In this document: positions 58,386 to 64,000 of the stretch, in pieces
Layout of the letters: each line of letters opens with the position of its first letter
Numbering within the stretch: the first letter of the stretch is position 1
IMG/VR virus record: IMGVR_UViG_3300024336_000005
Coordinates: 1-64,000 of that record
Reading direction: 5' to 3' (one strand)
DNA length: 64,000 bases
The notes under the pieces: model-generated
Told to the model about the DNA's origin: nothing
Seen by the model: the letters and a program-made list of their open reading frames with translations, nothing else
The model's database searches: none
Translations under genes and position numbers: made by a program

Positions 58386-58668
58386 TCCCACAGCCGTACC
58401 TAGTCCGGCATTATAATAGACTAGGACTCCCTCCTGTTATCACGATCTCCTATCGTGGTATGAGAAGGGTGCTGAACAAGTGCCCTTACAATCTGTTCTC
58501 CATGGGTCATGGAGGGTCTAGTGTGTACCCAACACACTCCCTGGCTCTAGGGTTACCAAGAGCTAGTATGCACAACCCCGGCCAAAAACAGGGGGAGGAT
58601 AATGGCGTGTAACCGACGCTGCAAGTCCCGTATGGGACTGTTGCCCGAAAGGGCAGAAAGGCTCCAAC

Positions 58669-59649
58669 ATGAGCACCAAGAACTTCGACCTCGCTCAGAT
58701 CCTCGCCGATGTCACCAGCATCAACTTGGAGGCGCTGGTCGCCTCCAAGAAGGCCAAGGAGGAGGCCGAGAAGGTCGCCTCGAAGGAGGCCAAGAAGGCC
58801 AGGGAGGAGGCCGCCGCTTGGGCGGCGGCCAAGGCCGAGGAGAAGGCCAAGGAGGAGGCCGAGAAGCGGGCCGACCTGGCCCGCCTCAACCGGGAGGAGG
58901 CGGCCAGGAAGGAGGCCGCCAAGAAGGAGGCCATGAAGGCCCGCGCGCGGCTGGAGCACAGCTCCTACAGGCTCGGGCTGCTGGAGGGCCGGGTGGCCCT
59001 CCTGAGTCAGATCCAGGAGAACCTGGGGCGCAAGCTCCAGGGTATGCTGGAGGGGACGGCGGCCCAGCTGGCCGCCAAGGCCGAGGAGTTCCAGGCGGCG
59101 CGGGAGGACCTGATGGAGGCGACCAAGCGCCTCCAGGAGGAGAAGGACCTGGTGGAGGATCAGCGGATCTCCTTCGGGGAGGTGCTCCCCTTGCCCCGCC
59201 ACCAGGAGGCCGGCCGTCGGGCCGCGCGGGTCGAAGGGGGCGGGGCCCTGAAGGAGATCCAGGAGGAGGCCTTCTTCGCGGCCATCGAGGCCAAGAAGGA
59301 GGCCAAGGTGGCGCAGGCCATCGAGGCCTCCGAGGAGCTGGAGGGGCTGCTGGCTCAGCTGTCCAGCCGGCCCCGGCGCTCCATCACCCGCGCCCTGAGC
59401 CGGGGGGACATCTCCCCCGCCAAGGCCGTGGAGGAGGCGAAGGCCGCCATCGAGGCGGCCAAGCGGGTCCACCAGTTCGAAAAGGTGGAGGTGGTGACGA
59501 CCAAGGTCGGCAGGGCCTCCACCTTGAGGGACCAGGACGCGGCCATCCGGATGGCCGCAAAGGGTAAGAAGCTCTCCAAGGAGGAGGGCAAGAGCTCCAA
59601 CCCGAAGAAGATTGCGAAGCTGCGCCGTAAGGCCGCGCAGAAGAAGTAA
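58669..59649 (+). CDS. Ala/Glu/Lys-rich coiled-coil protein with a basic tail
   Basis: GAAAGG RBS, GC3 bias. Confidence 0.8.
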   Translation: MSTKNFDLAQILADVTSINLEALVASKKAKEEAEKVASKEAKKAREEAAAWAAAKAEEKAKEEAEKRADLARLNREEAARKEAAKKEAMKARARLEHSSYRLGLLEGRVALLSQIQENLGRKLQGMLEGTAAQLAAKAEEFQAAREDLMEATKRLQEEKDLVEDQRISFGEVLPLPRHQEAGRRAARVEGGGALKEIQEEAFFAAIEAKKEAKVAQAIEASEELEGLLAQLSSRPRRSITRALSRGDISPAKAVEEAKAAIEAAKRVHQFEKVEVVTTKVGRASTLRDQDAAIRMAAKGKKLSKEEGKSSNPKKIAKLRRKAAQKK

Positions 59650-59658
59650 TCTTCTCTC

Positions 59659-59827
59659 TTGCCCCGCTGAATAAGCGGGGCGGTCCCCCTCGTGGGATCT
59701 AGGCTCATCACATAGGTGGTGGTCCTAGACGTCACGAGGGTAGCCGAATAGGTTGCCTCATGACAGGTGGCGCTGAACAAGCGCCGCCGCTTAGCTTTGT
59801 GCTGAATAAGCGCAGAGCTTTACATTT
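59659..59827 (+). ncRNA. Structured element family 1, copy A (four boxB-like hairpins and one long stem)
   Basis: Aligns with 60791-60964 with compensatory and G-U changes. Confidence 0.65.
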
Positions 59828-59985
59828 GGAAGCGCCCACCACCGGGGCGCATTAGTAAAATACCGGGGTTAGCGTTGCTAGAGCGCTAATTAAATGGCTT
59901 GCGTTGTGAGCCGCTGGCAAGGGGATACTCCCCACAACGGAGCAATCATGCTCCACTTTGGTCGCAAGACCTGAAAGGCCACATC

Positions 59986-60783
59986 ATGGCCATCTTCAAC
60001 ACCATCAAGTCCTCCGCCTCCGCCACCGCCGAGAAGGGCTTGCTCGCCCTCGGGCGGGCCAGCTGCAGCCTCAACCTCCGGAGCCCCATGCTCCGGAAGT
60101 TGAACGCAGCGCCCTTGATGGCGGTGGCGCCCTCGCACATGCGGGGGGCGTGTGAGGAGCACATGGAGCGCATGAACAAGCGCTCCATGGAGGCCTGGGA
60201 GCAGGACTCCCTCGTGGGTATGGCGACTTACATCGCCGAGAACCCGGAGCCCCGGAAGGAGCTGGAGGACTGGATGGCCTTCGCCTGCCGGGTGGCCGCC
60301 TACCGGGCGGCCCAGGTGGGCGACGTCACCCAGGCGCTCGCCGGGATGGCTTCCCGTGCAGGGCTGAGCCGCACGACGGCCAACCTCTGGGGCAAGACGC
60401 GGGGTCTTGATGACTTCGCCGATGCCCTGGAGGCCCACGCAACCGTGGGCGACTGCAAGTGGTGCCAGCCGCACCCCTGTGGTTGCCACGCCAAGGCGGG
60501 CACGTGCCGCACTTGCGACATCACCATCTTCAGCGACAACCGGGGGTACGACCGGTCCATCTGCGTGCACTGCGATGAGGACCGCGTCCGCATCGAGGCC
60601 GACGTCGAGGCGTGGCTGGAGATGGCCCAGGAGAGGTTCAGCTCCTCCTCGGCCCTGAGCGTGGGGGAGCAGCGGGAGTGGATGGAGATGATGGTGAACA
60701 CCTTCATCCCCGGCCAGGTGGTGTTCACCTGGAGCGAGACGGTGGAGACGGGGGACGTCTACGAGGGTCCCATCCCCTTCTGA
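59986..60783 (+). CDS. Hypothetical protein with Cys clusters (start MAIFN)
   Basis: GAAAGG RBS; CKWC..CGC, CRTC, CVHC; acidic C-terminus ending IPF. Confidence 0.75.
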   Translation: MAIFNTIKSSASATAEKGLLALGRASCSLNLRSPMLRKLNAAPLMAVAPSHMRGACEEHMERMNKRSMEAWEQDSLVGMATYIAENPEPRKELEDWMAFACRVAAYRAAQVGDVTQALAGMASRAGLSRTTANLWGKTRGLDDFADALEAHATVGDCKWCQPHPCGCHAKAGTCRTCDITIFSDNRGYDRSICVHCDEDRVRIEADVEAWLEMAQERFSSSSALSVGEQREWMEMMVNTFIPGQVVFTWSETVETGDVYEGPIPF

Positions 60784-60790
60784 TAGTATT

Positions 60791-60964
60791 TTGCCCCGCT
60801 GAATAAGCGGGGCGGGCTTAGCTCTTGCTGAGCTCTAGACTCATCCCTACGGGGGTGGCTCTAGACATTAGCAAGAGCCGCTGTGTAAGCGGTAGTAGCT
60901 GATGGTTGTGGCGCTGAGCAAGCGCCACTTTGGAGCCTTGCTGAATAAGCAGGGCTTTACATTT
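60791..60964 (+). ncRNA. Structured element family 1, copy B
   Basis: Same order of stems as copy A; both end in GCTTTACATTT. Confidence 0.65.
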
Positions 60965-61157
60965 TGTGCCATGGGTCATGGCCGGCTTGGACTACCGTTT
61001 AGTCCAGGGCTTTGGTGGAGTAGCCCTAAACACTCCACCCTCATGATACTGAGGTAGTATCAAACCTCTAACCGTAGGTAACGGTAAGTTGGTATTTATT
61101 ATGTCCCCCGCTTGGTAAGCGGGTGCCAACGGACACAATCCTCGAAAGGGATTTACC

Positions 61158-64000
61158 ATGAGCAACAAGAACTTCGACTTCAACGCCAGCATCGTCAACC
61201 TCGCCAACCAGGAGGGTCTCCAGCCGGAGGCGTTGCTGGCCTTCGCCAACGGGGAGGGTCGCGACCTCTCCCGGATCAACGGGGGCAACTTCGCTCCCTA
61301 CAGCCGGGCGCTGTTGGTGCGCTTCCAGAAGGCCCAGGAGGAGGCCAAGGTGAACCAGGAGAAGGAGGACGGGGCGCTCAGCGTCATCCTGGCCAGCTGC
61401 CTGGAGCTCCCGGTGGGCGAGACCGTCGGTGAGAAGGCCTTGGCCTACGTCCGCAAGGAGGTGGGTGAGACCTGGACCAAGGCGTCCGTGATGGAGGCCT
61501 TGAAGAAGAAGGAGGCGGAACTCCACGCGGCCCAGAAGGAGCAGGAGGAGCTGTTGTGGGACCTCCACCGCAAGGCCCTGAAGGCGCACGTCGCCGAGAT
61601 CAAGGTCGATGCGAAGGATGGCCTGATCGATTGGCGCCACCTGTCGAAGGCCCTCGGTCGGATGATCGGCGACCGCGTGGTGAGCGAAGACTACGCCGCT
61701 GAGCTGGACCTCGCGGCCAACGTAGACATCGATGCCTTCAACAACTTGATCGATGCCATGAATGTCCTGCTGAAGGGACAGAAGATCTCCGAGGGGGAAG
61801 GGAAGGAGATCATCATGGCCGTCCGAAAGGGCACCGATCTGGCCGTCGCGGTGGGTCGGGTGTTGGAGAAGTGCAAGAACAAGGAGGAGGTCACTGAGGA
61901 GGAGGCCGTCATCGTGGAGGGGCTGGGTGCCAAGATCGACGCCCAGCGGGAGCAGGAGAAGAACCTGCAGCTCGACAAGGAGCTGGCGCCCAAGTGGTTC
62001 GACGCCTTGACCGACGAGGAGTGGAAGGCGATGAAGCACGCCCGCTTCGCGGCCATCCAGGAGACGGAGGAAGAGCTGGTCACCCGGATGCGGGCGCAGG
62101 AGTACGCCTTCGGGACGAGCGTGAAGATGGCCAAGATCATCTTCAACCTGGAGGTGACCGGGGTGGAGAGCTGGAAGCAGCTGATGCCCTACTACACCGA
62201 CGAGAACTTCGATGCTCAAATGGTGAGCATCGACGAGGGGCTGACCAAGTGGGACGCCCTGGAGACCACGAAGAAGGCCGCCAAGAAGGCCCAGAAGGAG
62301 CAGGACGTGAAGACCGACATCGAGACCCAGGTGGAGACGGCGATCAACGAGGGAAGCACCCTCACGGCGGAGGAGAAGGCGGAGGTCATGGAGAGCGAGC
62401 ACGACGAGAACAATCGGCTCCAGGTGGAGCTGTTCGAGAAGGAGCAGGCCGCCGAGAAGGCGGAGGCGCGGGAGAAGCTCGCCCGCATGCTGCGGGCGGC
62501 GTTGGGCCAGGGGTACATCACGAAGGAGGAGATGGCCGGGACGCTGAAGATGGCGGATGAGAAGGCGGTCGCCGAAGAGGTGGTCGAAGTCATGAAGAAG
62601 GCGGTCGACCGCCTCAACGAGTTGGCCAACGAGCGCAAGGCGCTCAAGGCCACCAAGACCGACGAGGAGACCTCCATGGAGGAGCAGATGCGCTGCATCC
62701 CCCGAGACCAGAAGAAGAACTTCTGGCACGCCGTGTGGACGGCGCTGCCGGAGGGCAGCGCGAAGGAGCAGGCCAAGAGGGTCCGCTCCGGGGTGAAGCG
62801 GAACGGCAGCCTGGGCGTCAAGCCCACCGCTGCCACCATGGTGGAGATCCAGAAGCTGGGGGCCGATTGGGTCACCAGCACCATCAAGAACCTGGGCGTC
62901 AAGACGACGCCCGTGAAGAAGGAGGCCCCCGTGGCCAAGCCCATCGAGACCGAGACCGTGACCACCCCCGTGATGGAGGAGAAGAAGATGAAGACGGCGA
63001 TCGAAAAGGCGATGGAGAAGACGGAGATGAAGGAAGAGGCCCCCACCGTGGAGGTGGCGATCAAGGAGGAGGCGGGCAGCACCGCCCGGCTGAACCAGAT
63101 GCTGGCCGAAAAGGTGGAGACGCTGGAGGAGCTCAGGGAGCTGGCCAAGGAGGCCGGACACGGCCGCATCGAGGCCAAGGCCTCGGCGGCGCTGCTGGCG
63201 GCGGAGCTCAAGATCGCCAAGGAGGCGCTCAACGAGGAGGGCACCGTGGGTGAGCCCACGGTCGAGTGCAAGGCGGGTCCCACCGTCGAGGCGGGTGAGC
63301 CCTGCCCGGTGGAGCCCAAGACCGATGAGCCCGAGATGGGCCGCATCGAGAAGGTCAGGCTGTGGTGGAAGGAGGCCGACTTCCTCGCCATGGCCAAGGA
63401 CTACAAGGAGCGGGCCATGAAGAAGGCCATGTGCCACCGGGAGCGGGTGGCGACGACCATGAAGCAGGACCGCAAGACCTACGAGGTCGCGGTGATGGGC
63501 TTCGAGCAGGCGCGCATCGCGGTTCACGCGGACAAGCACGTCCTGCTGCTGGGCCTGCTGGTCCGCAAGGGGAAGGCCGGCAAGCTGGCCCTCAAGTACA
63601 ACGAGGGCGACCTCGCCCTCAACATCACCGATGAGGAGAAGGCCGCACTGGCCAAGACCCTCTTGGGGATGACGAAGGACGACGCCAACGGCGCCTCCCA
63701 CGCCCTGCCGGGCATCAGCCTCTCCAAGGTGAACCGCGAGGAGATCGCGGCCAAGTGGGTGGAGAAGGCCATCGCGGGCTGGGAGAAGCTCGACATCGGC
63801 AAGAAGGCGTACATCCTCTGCCAGATGGAGGGGCGCACCAGCGTCTCCGTGGGGATGTTCAAGCCCGTGCGGACCGTGTACAACGCCCTGCGTGGTGGAG
63901 CGGTGTGGACCTGGGACCACTCGGGTGGTTGGGTGCTCTCCAAGGTGGACACGATCCGCCTGAAGCGGATCGTCAAGGGGCAGACCAGCCTGGCCAAGAA
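61158..64000 (+). CDS. Large early protein, >940 aa, runs off the window (absent from the ORF track)
   Basis: MSNKNFDFNASIVNLANQEG... is open to the window end, with strong GC3 bias; E/K/A-rich and helical. Confidence 0.85.
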   Translation, partial: MSNKNFDFNASIVNLANQEGLQPEALLAFANGEGRDLSRINGGNFAPYSRALLVRFQKAQEEAKVNQEKEDGALSVILASCLELPVGETVGEKALAYVRKEVGETWTKASVMEALKKKEAELHAAQKEQEELLWDLHRKALKAHVAEIKVDAKDGLIDWRHLSKALGRMIGDRVVSEDYAAELDLAANVDIDAFNNLIDAMNVLLKGQKISEGEGKEIIMAVRKGTDLAVAVGRVLEKCKNKEEVTEEEAVIVEGLGAKIDAQREQEKNLQLDKELAPKWFDALTDEEWKAMKHARFAAIQETEEELVTRMRAQEYAFGTSVKMAKIIFNLEVTGVESWKQLMPYYTDENFDAQMVSIDEGLTKWDALETTKKAAKKAQKEQDVKTDIETQVETAINEGSTLTAEEKAEVMESEHDENNRLQVELFEKEQAAEKAEAREKLARMLRAALGQGYITKEEMAGTLKMADEKAVAEEVVEVMKKAVDRLNELANERKALKATKTDEETSMEEQMRCIPRDQKKNFWHAVWTALPEGSAKEQAKRVRSGVKRNGSLGVKPTAATMVEIQKLGADWVTSTIKNLGVKTTPVKKEAPVAKPIETETVTTPVMEEKKMKTAIEKAMEKTEMKEEAPTVEVAIKEEAGSTARLNQMLAEKVETLEELRELAKEAGHGRIEAKASAALLAAELKIAKEALNEEGTVGEPTVECKAGPTVEAGEPCPVEPKTDEPEMGRIEKVRLWWKEADFLAMAKDYKERAMKKAMCHRERVATTMKQDRKTYEVAVMGFEQARIAVHADKHVLLLGLLVRKGKAGKLALKYNEGDLALNITDEEKAALAKTLLGMTKDDANGASHALPGISLSKVNREEIAAKWVEKAIAGWEKLDIGKKAYILCQMEGRTSVSVGMFKPVRTVYNALRGGAVWTWDHSGGWVLSKVDTIRLKRIVKGQTSLAK

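Noticed and set aside
58411-58418. TATAAT as a sigma70 -10 element
   Set aside because: No -35 or extended -10 match; it lies in the A-rich pseudoknot loop
59661-59681. Pentaloop hairpins as ordinary intrinsic terminators
   Set aside because: No U-tract on the sense strand, and loop conservation exceeds what terminators need
59659-60964. CRISPR array, tRNA or hammerhead ribozyme interpretation of the repeats
   Set aside because: No regular repeat-spacer periodicity, no cloverleaf with a T-loop, and no complete CUGANGA/GAAA core
61068-63920. 950-aa minus-strand ORF, and similar ones at 54161-55132, 56353-57249 and 58507-59472
   Set aside because: Antisense shadows of GC3-biased plus-strand genes (L/G/H-rich, no RBS)
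1-64000. Alternative genetic code (stop-codon reassignment)
   Set aside because: Long genes are intact and tightly coupled under the standard bacterial code

Overview
A window from a large tailed dsDNA bacteriophage (contractile tail), with two sharply different halves. (1) Bases 1-~53,950 are a compact minus-strand morphogenesis operon of about 50% GC by eye. Read in transcription order it holds a PAS-domain protein, a holin-like protein, a repeat-punctuated multi-enzyme polyprotein, an HNH nuclease, terminase, portal, protease/scaffold, capsid, head and neck proteins, sheath, three tube paralogs, chaperones, a tape-measure candidate, a 1823-aa protein, a hub and baseplate. (2) Bases ~54,275-64,000 are plus-strand, strongly GC3-biased, early-type genes separated by highly structured intergenic regions. 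Main findings: (a) the 1823-aa tail-module protein carries beta-like and beta'-like catalytic motifs in the expected order (ED; K..K; GK..GS.R; RQP; ADFDDD), so it is a candidate single-chain two-barrel virion RNA polymerase. (b) The 1278-aa polyprotein has nucleotidyltransferase, Ser/Thr kinase and SNase nuclease domains separated by a recurring EGxxH...DFGS motif. (c) The early region carries covarying structured RNA elements: arrays of boxB-like GNRNA-pentaloop hairpins and H-type pseudoknots. All product calls come from motif recognition and gene order by eye; no database searches were run.
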